Assembly (NCBI GenBank): GCA_033762835.1
Contig: JANRLG010000117.1
Span: forward strand, 2,201-66,200
Length of the DNA: 64,000 nt
Direction: 5' to 3'
From: Thermoanaerobaculia bacterium
Lineage (GTDB): Bacteria > Acidobacteriota > Thermoanaerobaculia > Multivoradales > DATKCC01
A model generated the notes under the pieces. That model made no database searches and was not told where the DNA came from. It worked only from the letters and a program-made list of their open reading frames with translations. Positions 47,245 to 56,638 of this stretch are shown in pieces (the first letter of the stretch is position 1; each line of letters starts with the position of its first letter). Made by a program: the position numbers and the translations under genes.

Positions 47245-47709
47245 TCAGCTCGAGCGGGCTTTTTCGAGCAGGTCGATCAGCGCTTCGATCTCACCGGTCT
47301 TCATGTGCCGCAGTTGGGCGACGTGGAAATCCGCCACCGGTTGGTCGAGCCCGGCGAGGGACTCGAGACCGGCGGGGGTGATCCGGATCGTCACCACCCG
47401 GCGGTCGCGCTGATCGCGGGTGCGCTCGATGAGGCCCCGTTTCTCCAAGCGATCGAGCAGGCGGGTGACGTCCGGTTCGCGGGTGACCATGCGCTCGCCG
47501 ACCTGGCCGCAGGTCAGGGCTTCCGGCGACGAGCCGCGCAGAATACGCAGCACGTTGTACTGGGTCGGCGTCAGATCCGCCCGCCGAAGCAGCTCGATCA
47601 AGCCCTGTTGGAGGTGATTCGCCGAGCGCCAGAGGTTCAGGAAGGCTTCCTCGGCGGGACTCGAAAACGGGCGCGACATGCGGATTTCTTGCAAAAGACG
47701 CTGAGCCAT
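47245..47709 (-). CDS. MarR family transcriptional regulator
   Basis: LTPTQYNVLRIL, PDVTRLLDRLEKRGLIER, DRRVVTIRIT; start ATG 47709. Confidence 0.92.
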   Translation of the reverse strand: MAQRLLQEIRMSRPFSSPAEEAFLNLWRSANHLQQGLIELLRRADLTPTQYNVLRILRGSSPEALTCGQVGERMVTREPDVTRLLDRLEKRGLIERTRDQRDRRVVTIRITPAGLESLAGLDQPVADFHVAQLRHMKTGEIEALIDLLEKARSS

Positions 47710-47777
47710 GCAACAACGGTAACCTCGTGTCCAATGGAGCGTCAAGCGCGCTGACCGGAACCGCGGTTCAACCCGGT

Positions 47778-49010
47778 TCAGCCGAGGGCGCGGCGCAGCT
47801 CGGCGACCAGGGCTTCAGGCTCTCCTCGAGTGACGACGACCCGCGGGCAACCGTGCCATGCGGCACTCTCCCGCAGCGCCCGCGCGAGGTCCGCCACCAA
47901 GAACTTGCCAGCACGGACGCCGGGCTCGAGAAACAGAGCCTTGACCTCGAAGCTGGCGGCCCCGCGGTGGGCCTTGGCATCGAGCCGCCCGACCAGACGA
48001 CCGCGATGGAGAATGGGCAGTACGAAGTAGCCGAAGCGGCGCTTGGGCGCCGGCGTGTAACACTCGATCCGATAGTCGAACCCGAACAGTTCGAGCACCC
48101 GGGCGCGATCCCACACCACCGGGTCGAAGGGCGACAGTAGCGTCGTGTGCGTGGCCGTGAGGCGCTCATCCTGCGCGCGTTCGAGCAGTTCGGCGTGGTC
48201 GCGGTGGACGTACCCCAGGCTCGGCCAACCCGCCACGACGACCTCCAGGATCTCCCCGGAAGCGAGCAGCGGAGCCAGCTCGCCGGGGGTGACCTGGCGG
48301 CGCAGCCGGAAGTAGTCGGCGATCCAGCGCGCCCGCGTGATGCCCAAGGCCCGCACGGTGTCGAGGATGAACTGACGCCGCACCTCCTCGGGAGTCGGTT
48401 CCTCGAGCCCTGGGGCGGGTCGCAGGCGCGAACGCACCCGCTCGGTCAGGTCGTAGACGCGTTGGAAGTTCACCCGCTGCGCGACCATCAGCTCACCGAG
48501 GGCGAAGGCGGCTTCGAGCAAGCGCTTCTCCGTTTTCCAACCCCACCAGCCGCCGCCCTTTTCGCCCTCCGGCCGTGCGAAGTCCGCACTCTGGAGCGGC
48601 CCCCGCGTCCGCACCAGGGCGATCAGGTCCGCCAGGGCCTCGGCTTGGCTCGCGCGCACCCGCTCCGCCGAGCGGCCCGACCAGTGGGCCAACATCCGGG
48701 TCAGGTGGACCCGATGCCAAGGGAAGTGCACGCTGGGCACGAAGCAGGCCTCGTGGGACCACGTTTCGAACAGCTCACCACGCGCCAGAAGCTCGTCGAG
48801 CCAACGCGGCTCGTAGGCGCCGAGACGGGAGTGCAGCACGAGATACGGACTGCGGGCCACGACGTGGATGGAGTCGATCTGGAGCAGGCGCATCCGCTCG
48901 ATCGCGGCCAGCACGGCGCGCCGCGTGGCGCGCCGCCGGGGGCGCGTCAGGAGCCCCTGGGCGGCGAGATGGAGGTGCCGAGCGGCCGTAGCGGACAGCG
49001 CCGGCGTCAC
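47778..49010 (-). CDS. ycaQ: YcaQ/AlkZ-like winged-helix DNA crosslink-repair glycosylase
   Basis: LQIDSIHVVARSPYLVLHSR (QxD), LLSPFDPVVWDR, YRIECYTPAPKRRFGY; GTG 49010 overlaps upstream stop. Confidence 0.88.
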   Translation of the reverse strand: MTPALSATAARHLHLAAQGLLTRPRRRATRRAVLAAIERMRLLQIDSIHVVARSPYLVLHSRLGAYEPRWLDELLARGELFETWSHEACFVPSVHFPWHRVHLTRMLAHWSGRSAERVRASQAEALADLIALVRTRGPLQSADFARPEGEKGGGWWGWKTEKRLLEAAFALGELMVAQRVNFQRVYDLTERVRSRLRPAPGLEEPTPEEVRRQFILDTVRALGITRARWIADYFRLRRQVTPGELAPLLASGEILEVVVAGWPSLGYVHRDHAELLERAQDERLTATHTTLLSPFDPVVWDRARVLELFGFDYRIECYTPAPKRRFGYFVLPILHRGRLVGRLDAKAHRGAASFEVKALFLEPGVRAGKFLVADLARALRESAAWHGCPRVVVTRGEPEALVAELRRALG

Positions 49011-51754
49011 AGACCGCGACCGGCAGCCAGATTCGGCCCGAGCAACACGGCGTTCAGGAAGATCGTGCTGGTCCCCCGCCAGAACAGGCGAAAGTTGGGC
49101 TCCTGGGCGAAGGTCACCACCAGCCCGCGGCCCTTCCGCTCCATGCCCACGAGCAACGAGCCCGCCAGGCGACTCTCGGCCTCGGTCCACATCACCCCCC
49201 CGAGGGTGAAGTTCTCGCTGCCGATCGTCAGTACGTCCTGCTGAGGATCGCGGGTCGGCAACAGCACCGTGGTGCCGTTGACGAGCGCCACCGGCGGGCG
49301 GCCGAGGCCGGCCAGCAGGGCGTGACCGGGAGTACCGCGGGTCGCCACGATGGCCCCCGGGGTCTCGACCGGGCTGCGCTCGAGAAACGTCGGCGAGCCG
49401 TCCGATTCCGGGTCCTTCGGGCCTTCACCCTCCTCCGGCGCCGTCCAGGGTTTGATCGCGGTCAGCTCCTGGTCCTTGAGCCAAGCGGCCGCACCGTCGA
49501 TCGCCACCAGGACGCCCCCTTCACGGACCCAGCGGGCCACGGCCGACCCGGTGTCCCCCCCCAAAGTCCGGCCGTAGCTGCCGTCCGGCAGCACCAGGAC
49601 GTCGAAGCGCGCCAGGTCCACGGACCCGAGCGTGTTGCCCTCGACACGGAGGACCGGAAGCCGGATCTGCTGATCGAGCAGATGCCAAGCGAAGCCGAAG
49701 GAGGTCGGGGACACTCCTTCGCCCGCCAACACTCCCACCCGAGGCTGCCGCAAGCTTGGCACCTGATTCGAGCCTAGGGAGACGCCGCTCGTGACGTAGG
49801 TCGAGTCGATCCCGCGCGCCTCGGCACCCACCTCGGTCAAGGCTCGGCCGAGCCGCTCGGCGAGATTGTCGGGATTGCCGCGCCGGGGCACGAACAGGGT
49901 CCCCGCCGGGTAGGCCCGGCCGCCCAGCTCGAATCCCGCGAGGGCGACGCGCAGCTCCAGTCCCTCGGCCAGGAGCTGACTGGCCAATCGCTGGCCGGCG
50001 TAGCCCTGAGGAGGCACCAGAAAGCCGACTTTCCCTTCGCCCGACAGACCGCCCGCCCGCGAACGCCACGCCACCCGTTGACCGGTGAGGGGGCGCACGG
50101 ACTCGAGGTCCGCGACCCAACCGTCGACGCCGAAGGCGAGCGGCAGGGACCAGGCGGTGACGTCGTAGAACTCCGTGGACTCGTTGCGCTCGAGCTTCTC
50201 GCGCTGGCGGGCCAGGAACCCGGCGCCCAGCTCGGGCGCCGTCTCGAGCAAGGCACGGACCAGATTGCCGAGCGGCTGAGCCGCGGACACGACCAGCGTT
50301 CCGCGCGGGAACGAGCGCTCGACAGGGATTTCGTTGGCCTTGGCCTGGAGCGACCGGGCGGCGACCGTGACGGCGCTCTCGAGCACCTCGACGTCGACGC
50401 CATGGAAGCTCAACAGGTCGGCGAGAGCGGCGCTTTCGCCTCCCCCACCGTCGAGCAGGTAGACCGGACCCGCACTCGCGGCGTCGGTCCGCGCCGCCAC
50501 GAAGTCGGCGTTCAGTTTGTTCGCCCCCACGGCGGCGGTGCGCACGGTGGCGAGGCTGGTCGTCAAGTGGCGTGCCAGGCGGTCCGCCAGAGTGACCGGC
50601 GTGCCGTCCTGCAGGATCGAGACGCTACCCGCCCGGCCACCGCCGCCCACTTCGTAGGTCATTCCGACGGCGCCGCGGAAGGCCGGGTAGGAATCCCCGT
50701 ACCCCGGGTAGAACAGGTCGTAGGTCTCGGTCTTGAAGTAGGGCCAGCCCTGCTGATCGAAGGCCTGGCCGTTGGCTTTGCCGAAGGTCTCGAGCCAGGC
50801 CAGGGTGCGGCGATCGAGCCCGGGATGGACCGGAGCCGCCGGGGGCGGAAAGAAATAGGTCGACTCGACCGACATCTCGTGGAAGTCGGCGTAGACCTGC
50901 GGCTCCCACTGGCGATAGGCCACGATGCGGTCCCGCGTCTCCTTCTGCGTCGCCCAGGACCAATCGCGATTGAGGTCGATCAGATAGTGGTTCTGGCGCC
51001 CGCCGGGCCACGGCTCGAAGTGCTCGGCGGAAGCGCGATCCGGGCTCGCCAAAGCGCCCCGGCGCTGCTCGAAGCCGGCCACGTAACGCTCGCGACCGTC
51101 GGGGTTGACCAGCGGATCGACCAGCAGAATCGTCTTCTGCAGCAGCCGCGGCCAATCTCCCTGAGCCGCCGCGAACAGGTACGCGGCCGCCATGGACACC
51201 TCGGTCGAGGACGATTCGTTGCCGTTGACGCCGTAGGCGAGCCAGACGACGGCGGGCGTGTCCTTGACCAGGCGGTCGCGCTCAGGCGCGGAAAGGCTCC
51301 CGGGGTCGGCCAGTTTGAGGTGCTGGCGGCGCAGCGCTTCGAGGTCCCGCAGGTTGTCCGGAGTCGAGATCGCCGCCAGGACCAAGGGGCGACCTTCGTA
51401 ACTCGTGCCGTATTGCCACAGCCGAACGCGTGGGGACGCCGCGGCCAGACGCTCGAAGTAGGCCAGCACGCGGTCGTAGCGGGTGAAGCGGCTACCGAGG
51501 GGATAACCCAAGAAGTCCGACGGGCGCGGCACGCTTGCGTCGAGCTCGGGCAGATCCAGGACTCGGCCGTCGGAGAGCTCGGCCACGAGAGGCAGTGCGG
51601 AGCCGCCCTCGTTTCCGGGTAGCGCCGCGGCGGTTTCCGCGAACACCGCGGGCGATGACGACAAAAGACCGAGAACGACGCTCGTGACGAGGCCGAGGGT
51701 ACGCGGGGAGACGAGGGGCGACTGGAACATGCTTTGGGCTCGATCGCGATTCAT
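49007..51754 (-). CDS. Secreted M14 zinc-carboxypeptidase-like protein with C-terminal GATase-like domain; first Zn ligand His replaced by Asn
   Basis: YGVNGNE, NPDGRER, DLNRDW, DFHEM, YDVTAWSLPL. Confidence 0.82.
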   Translation of the reverse strand: MNRDRAQSMFQSPLVSPRTLGLVTSVVLGLLSSSPAVFAETAAALPGNEGGSALPLVAELSDGRVLDLPELDASVPRPSDFLGYPLGSRFTRYDRVLAYFERLAAASPRVRLWQYGTSYEGRPLVLAAISTPDNLRDLEALRRQHLKLADPGSLSAPERDRLVKDTPAVVWLAYGVNGNESSSTEVSMAAAYLFAAAQGDWPRLLQKTILLVDPLVNPDGRERYVAGFEQRRGALASPDRASAEHFEPWPGGRQNHYLIDLNRDWSWATQKETRDRIVAYRQWEPQVYADFHEMSVESTYFFPPPAAPVHPGLDRRTLAWLETFGKANGQAFDQQGWPYFKTETYDLFYPGYGDSYPAFRGAVGMTYEVGGGGRAGSVSILQDGTPVTLADRLARHLTTSLATVRTAAVGANKLNADFVAARTDAASAGPVYLLDGGGGESAALADLLSFHGVDVEVLESAVTVAARSLQAKANEIPVERSFPRGTLVVSAAQPLGNLVRALLETAPELGAGFLARQREKLERNESTEFYDVTAWSLPLAFGVDGWVADLESVRPLTGQRVAWRSRAGGLSGEGKVGFLVPPQGYAGQRLASQLLAEGLELRVALAGFELGGRAYPAGTLFVPRRGNPDNLAERLGRALTEVGAEARGIDSTYVTSGVSLGSNQVPSLRQPRVGVLAGEGVSPTSFGFAWHLLDQQIRLPVLRVEGNTLGSVDLARFDVLVLPDGSYGRTLGGDTGSAVARWVREGGVLVAIDGAAAWLKDQELTAIKPWTAPEEGEGPKDPESDGSPTFLERSPVETPGAIVATRGTPGHALLAGLGRPPVALVNGTTVLLPTRDPQQDVLTIGSENFTLGGVMWTEAESRLAGSLLVGMERKGRGLVVTFAQEPNFRLFWRGTSTIFLNAVLLGPNLAAGRGL

Positions 51755-53130
51755 GAGGTGAGGCTCTCGGAGGAGAGCTTGAGTCGCTTCATCATTTCGT
51801 GGAGCGTAGTCGGTTTCAACTTGAGCAACTCGGCCGCGTGTTTCTGAACCCCACCGGCGGCCTGCAGAGCGCGGACGATCAACTGGCGTTCGTATTCGCC
51901 CACGACGTCCTTGAACGAGATGCCACCGTTGCCGAAGCTCGGCGTGGGCATCGTCAGGCCCTGCTTCTGGCGCACTGAGCTGGGCAACAGCGCCGCATCC
52001 ACCACTCGGCCGGAACTCAGCACCACGGCGCGCTCGATGGCGTTTTCGAGCTCACGGACGTTGCCCGGCCAACTGTAGTCGAGCAGGCTTTCGAGGGCCT
52101 CGGGAGTCAGCCCTTCGATGGGCTTCTCGTTCTCCTCAGCGAAGCGCAGAAGGAAATGCTGGGCGAGCAGCGGAATGTCCTCGGTGCGCGCCCGCAGGGG
52201 CGGCAAGGTCACCGTGATGACGTTCAGACGGTAGTACAGATCTTCCCGGAAGTGGCCCCGCTGCACCTCGCTCTCGAGGTCGGCATTGGTGGCGGCGATG
52301 ATGCGGGTGTCGGTCTTCTGGGTCTCGACGCCGCCCAGGCGCATGAACTCGCGCTCCTGGACGACGCGCAGCAGTTTGGCCTGGGTGTCGAGGGGAATGT
52401 TGCCGATCTCGTCGAAGAAGATCGAGCCGCCGTTCGCCATCTCGAACAAGCCCTTCTTGTTCGCGATCGCCCCGGTGAAGGCCCCACGGACGTGGCCGAA
52501 GAGATTCGATTCCAGCAGATCCGCCGGCATGGACCCGGAGTTGACCGTCACGAACGGCCCCGCGGCGCGCCGGGACTGGTGGTGAATGGCCTTCGCCACC
52601 AACTCCTTGCCGGTACCGCTTTCACCCAGGATCAGGATGTTGCTCTTCGACGGCGCGGCCATCCGGATCAGCTCGAAGACCTCCTGCATGGGCTTCGACT
52701 TCCCGACGATGTTCTCGAAGGCGAAGCGGCGCTGGAGCTGCTCGCGTAACGAGCGGTTTTCCGAGGTCAACGAGCGCCGCTCGAGCCCCTTCTTGACCGT
52801 CAGCAGCACCTCGTCGTTCTTGAACGGCTTGGGGATGTAGTGGAACGCCCCGCGACGCATGGCCTCGATGGCCCCTTCGATCGACGAGAAAGCGGTGATC
52901 ACCACGACGACCTGCTCGGGGTCCGTGCGCCGGATCTGGTCGAGCACCTCCATGCCCTGGATCCCCGGCAGCATCATGTCGAGCAGCACGAGATCCACTT
53001 CTTCCTCGGCCAGGAGCTTCAGCCCCTCTTCTCCGGTGCGGGCGGAGAGCACCTCGTACCCCTCGCGACGGAGCACGGAGCACAGGACGTCCTGCAGGAC
53101 TTCCTCGTCGTCGATGACCAGAATGCTCAT
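51751..53130 (-). CDS. sigma54-dependent response regulator (NtrC family)
   Basis: IDDEE, LLDMMLP, GESGTGKE, ESNLFGHVRGAFTGA, DEIG, WPGNVRELEN, Fis HTH; start ATG 53130. Confidence 0.95.
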   Translation of the reverse strand: MSILVIDDEEVLQDVLCSVLRREGYEVLSARTGEEGLKLLAEEEVDLVLLDMMLPGIQGMEVLDQIRRTDPEQVVVVITAFSSIEGAIEAMRRGAFHYIPKPFKNDEVLLTVKKGLERRSLTSENRSLREQLQRRFAFENIVGKSKPMQEVFELIRMAAPSKSNILILGESGTGKELVAKAIHHQSRRAAGPFVTVNSGSMPADLLESNLFGHVRGAFTGAIANKKGLFEMANGGSIFFDEIGNIPLDTQAKLLRVVQEREFMRLGGVETQKTDTRIIAATNADLESEVQRGHFREDLYYRLNVITVTLPPLRARTEDIPLLAQHFLLRFAEENEKPIEGLTPEALESLLDYSWPGNVRELENAIERAVVLSSGRVVDAALLPSSVRQKQGLTMPTPSFGNGGISFKDVVGEYERQLIVRALQAAGGVQKHAAELLKLKPTTLHEMMKRLKLSSESLTS

Positions 53131-55967
53131 GGAGTGGGTGGCAGTGCCTCCGGAGAAGCTTTCAAGGCGAGGCCGAGGGCCGGGCGAGCGTCCTCGTGGA
53201 GCGGCAAGCGCACGAAGAACGTCGTGCCTTGCCCCGGGGTCGACTCGACCCGGATGTCGCCGGCGTGACGGCGCACGAGGTCCGCCGTGATGGTCAAGCC
53301 GAGGCCGGTGCCGCCTTGCCCGAGTTTGGTCGAGTAGAAGGGCTCGAAGATCCGCGCCAAACGCTCCGCCGGAATGCCGGCGCCCGAATCCGCCACCGCC
53401 ACCTCGACCTGATCCGCCTCGGTCCGGGCCGAGACCCGCAACTGGCCACCGCCGGGCATGGCGTCGAGGGCGTTCAACACGAGATTGGTGAACACCTGCT
53501 GAAGCTCGCCGTCGCTGCCGAAAACCGTCAGCGGCCCTTCGGGCAGCTCCACGGTCAACCGGCAACCACGCCGGCTGCGCCGCTCCTGGAGCAGATCCAG
53601 GGTTTCGCCGAGCAGCGGCACCAGGTCCACGGGCCGGCGCTCGTCCGTGCGGTTGCGGGCGAACTCGAGCAGGCTGTTGACGATGCGCGCCGCCCGGAAG
53701 GTCTGCTTTTCGACCTTCTTCAGAATCTCGTGACGCGGATCGTCCTCCGGGGTGTCGGCGAGCAGCAACTGGGCGTAGCTCGAGATTCCCGTGATCGGCG
53801 TGTTGACCTCGTGGGCCACGCCCGCCGCCAGCAGGCCGAGCGCGGCCAGGCGATCCTTCTCGCGCAGGGCGCGCTCCATGGCGACCCGCTCGGAAACGTC
53901 GTGGACCACGAGCACGCGGCGGGTGTCACCGTCCGCCCGGGGGTCGCTGCTGGCCTGGAAGTCGGCAGCAGAGACTTGGAAGTGCCGTTCGCGGCCGTGC
54001 TCGTCCTGGTAGGCGACTTCGCGCAGCGGTTCACCCACTTCGGGTAGGCTGCCCGCCGGCAGCAGGCTGGCCAACGGCTCCCCCACCAGCCCGTCCACCG
54101 AGCGCCCGAAAATCGTCCCGAAGGCGGCGTTGGCGGAGACGATCCGCTCTTGTCCCGCCGCGGAATCGACCACCGCGATGCCGGCCGGCGAAGATTCGAT
54201 GATGCCCTGGCTGAAGTGCTGGAGGCGAACGATTTCCGCCAGCCGCGCGTGCAGCTCGGTGACCAGCTTGGCGTTTTCGATCGCCAGCGCGGCGCCCGAC
54301 AATAGCTGGCGAATCAGCCTCGTATCGTCAGACGACAGCGGCTCGGCATCGGCCTTGAAGCCGGTGACCAGAAGGCCGAGCGGCAGGTCGCGTACGGCCA
54401 CCGGGAAGACGTAGCGATACCCGGCGACGAAGAGCTTCTCCACCGGCCCCATCCGTTCGCCCGGTAGAGCGGCGCCCGACAGCGGCCAGGTTTCGCGTTG
54501 CCACAAGCCGGCGGGCAGTTCGGCGAGATCGAGCGGCGCCGGATCCCCGAGCTCCCGCGCGATCGGCACGAGGTCGCCGTTGGCCACGAAGAGGTAGAGA
54601 TTGGCGCGTTCGAGGTCGATGGCGTCGGCCACGTCCTCGAGCAACTCGGCCGACAGCCGGGAGAGATCCCGCTCCTGCAGAAGCTCGCGACCGAGGCGCT
54701 CGAGGGCCCGGCGTTTGGTCACCGAACGCCCGTACTGGAAGCGCTCGAGGGACGACGACACCCGGCGGCGCGCCGGCACCAGCAGACCGGCGATGGCCAG
54801 ACCGGAACCGAAGGTCAGAAAGTCGCGCACCATCGACAGCCGCTCCGGCAGGCCGCGGTTGACCGCCAGGTGGGCGAAGGAGAACACCGCGCCCGCCAGG
54901 ATCACCGTGATCACCGTCGAGGTGGCCTCGCGCAGCACGATGGTGATGTCCCACAGCTTGTAGCGCAGGATCGCCCAAGCGAAAGTCAAGGGCACCAGGG
55001 CGAGAGGCAAGACCGCGGCGGCGCCGACGAAACCCGGCAGCGTCAAACCGAGCACATAGGGCACCAGGTAAAAGACCGCGAAGGGCAGATAACCTGCGGA
55101 CAGACCGATGGCGATCCAACGGAGCTGCCGTCGCTCCTCGAGCCCCCGTTCCCGGCCGATCCGATAGACCAACACGGCGATCGCGGCGAGGACGTAGGCC
55201 ACCAAGTGCACCAGCTGGGCGCGGTCGGTGAAGGCGATCGAACCGCGGGCGGTCTCGCGGCTGAGCGCCGGGCCGGTGAAGGCGATCAACCCTCCGATGC
55301 CGGCCAGGAGCGTCGCCGCCGGCAGATACAGAAAGGGCAGCAGTCGCAGCCCACGGAACACCAGGGGACGGCGGCCCAGCGGGTGCGGGAAGTTGAGGAA
55401 GAAGTGCAGCGTGACCGGCGGCAGGAGCGCTCGGGCGACCTCCTCGACCAGGTACAGCGTGCGCCCGGCGGCATCCCCCAAACCCGTCGGCGTCAGCAGG
55501 TAAAACGCCGCCGAGGCCAGGCACCAGACCAGGAACAAACCCGAGCCCGTGCGCTCGACCCGGAGGCCGGTGTATAGACCGATCAGCAGGTAGAAGACCC
55601 CGATCAGGGCTTGGATCAGATAAACGAGGTCGAGGGTCAGCGGTGGCCGGTGATAGACGATCTCGAGCAGCTCGTCGCCGCGCAGCACCGTCACCGAGGT
55701 CTCCGGCTCGGCGCGCAGGACTTGGCGGGCCCGGTCCATGGACTGCCCGGCCACCTGCAGGAGGTGATCGCCGACTTCCAGTCCGGTTCCCGCGGCGGTC
55801 AGCTCACGGACCCGAAACCCCTCACCTTCCCGCTCGGCGACGAAGCCGAGGCTCTGGAAAGACGCCACGGCACGCGAGAAGGACAGAACGCCAAGCACCG
55901 CCACGGTCAACGCGAGAGCGATGACGAGGAAAAACGAGGCGCGAGGGGTGACTCTTGGACGTTCCAT
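53127..55967 (-). CDS. Membrane sensor histidine kinase (PDZ-like, multi-TM, GAF, PAS, HisKA, HATPase)
   Basis: GLEVGDHLLQV (PDZ-like), 8-9 TM, AHEVNTP, NLVLNALDAM, DSGAGI, FYSTK, GTGLGL. Confidence 0.9.
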   Translation of the reverse strand: MERPRVTPRASFFLVIALALTVAVLGVLSFSRAVASFQSLGFVAEREGEGFRVRELTAAGTGLEVGDHLLQVAGQSMDRARQVLRAEPETSVTVLRGDELLEIVYHRPPLTLDLVYLIQALIGVFYLLIGLYTGLRVERTGSGLFLVWCLASAAFYLLTPTGLGDAAGRTLYLVEEVARALLPPVTLHFFLNFPHPLGRRPLVFRGLRLLPFLYLPAATLLAGIGGLIAFTGPALSRETARGSIAFTDRAQLVHLVAYVLAAIAVLVYRIGRERGLEERRQLRWIAIGLSAGYLPFAVFYLVPYVLGLTLPGFVGAAAVLPLALVPLTFAWAILRYKLWDITIVLREATSTVITVILAGAVFSFAHLAVNRGLPERLSMVRDFLTFGSGLAIAGLLVPARRRVSSSLERFQYGRSVTKRRALERLGRELLQERDLSRLSAELLEDVADAIDLERANLYLFVANGDLVPIARELGDPAPLDLAELPAGLWQRETWPLSGAALPGERMGPVEKLFVAGYRYVFPVAVRDLPLGLLVTGFKADAEPLSSDDTRLIRQLLSGAALAIENAKLVTELHARLAEIVRLQHFSQGIIESSPAGIAVVDSAAGQERIVSANAAFGTIFGRSVDGLVGEPLASLLPAGSLPEVGEPLREVAYQDEHGRERHFQVSAADFQASSDPRADGDTRRVLVVHDVSERVAMERALREKDRLAALGLLAAGVAHEVNTPITGISSYAQLLLADTPEDDPRHEILKKVEKQTFRAARIVNSLLEFARNRTDERRPVDLVPLLGETLDLLQERRSRRGCRLTVELPEGPLTVFGSDGELQQVFTNLVLNALDAMPGGGQLRVSARTEADQVEVAVADSGAGIPAERLARIFEPFYSTKLGQGGTGLGLTITADLVRRHAGDIRVESTPGQGTTFFVRLPLHEDARPALGLALKASPEALPPTP

Positions 55968-55993
55968 GGCCGATGGGGCCCGGAAGCGACGCT

Positions 55994-56009
55994 AGCACTT
56001 TCCATGCCA
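55994..56009 (-). promoter_or_regulatory. sigma54 (-24/-12) promoter upstream of the kinase operon
   Basis: TGGCATGGAAAGTGCT: GG-N10-GC spacing intact, 27 nt upstream of ATG 55967. Confidence 0.6.
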
Positions 56010-56122
56010 CGGAAACGGAATCTTGAATCGGCCGGAACGCCCGAATTCAGAGGATTTTCATGCCCTCGCTCCAAAAAACCGGAGGCGATCCGGAGCGCTG
56101 GATTCAAGGACTCGGCGGGAGC

Positions 56123-56638
56123 TCAGGCCACTTCGAAGAGCGGATCCCCGGCATCGACGGCGGCACCGTTGGCGACGAAGATCTGCACCAGCTGGCCGCT
56201 GGTCTCGGCGGCGATCTCGTTCTCCATCTTCATGGCCTCGAGCACCAGGACGCCCTGGCCTGCTTCCACGGCGTCGCCGGGGGTCGCCAGCAGCGCCACC
56301 ACCCGTCCGGGCATGTAGGCCTTGACCACCTTCTTGCCCAAACCGCCGGTGCCGTGGGCTTTCTTGGCGAAGTCGGTCAGCGGGTCGACGACCTCGGCGA
56401 GGCCCGTGCCCTCGGCACTCGCCACCCAAAGGCCGTCCGCCGTGGGGCGCACCGCGACCTCCGCTTGTTGCCCGTCGGCGATCAGGGAGAGCAACTCGGT
56501 GCCGCGCCCGAGCTCGGCCAACACGGCGACGTCGACCTCCCGCACCGGCCCGTCGCCGACCTGGACCCGCCAGCCCGTCTCGGTGCGCTCTAGTCGCACG
56601 TGCTCCTCGCGGCCCTCGAAACGGACGATCAGCTCCAT
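56123..56638 (-). CDS. Biotin carboxyl carrier protein (AccB/PccA C-terminal-like)
   Basis: YMPGRVV, LEAMKMENEI biotinylation motif. Confidence 0.92.
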   Translation of the reverse strand: MELIVRFEGREEHVRLERTETGWRVQVGDGPVREVDVAVLAELGRGTELLSLIADGQQAEVAVRPTADGLWVASAEGTGLAEVVDPLTDFAKKAHGTGGLGKKVVKAYMPGRVVALLATPGDAVEAGQGVLVLEAMKMENEIAAETSGQLVQIFVANGAAVDAGDPLFEVA

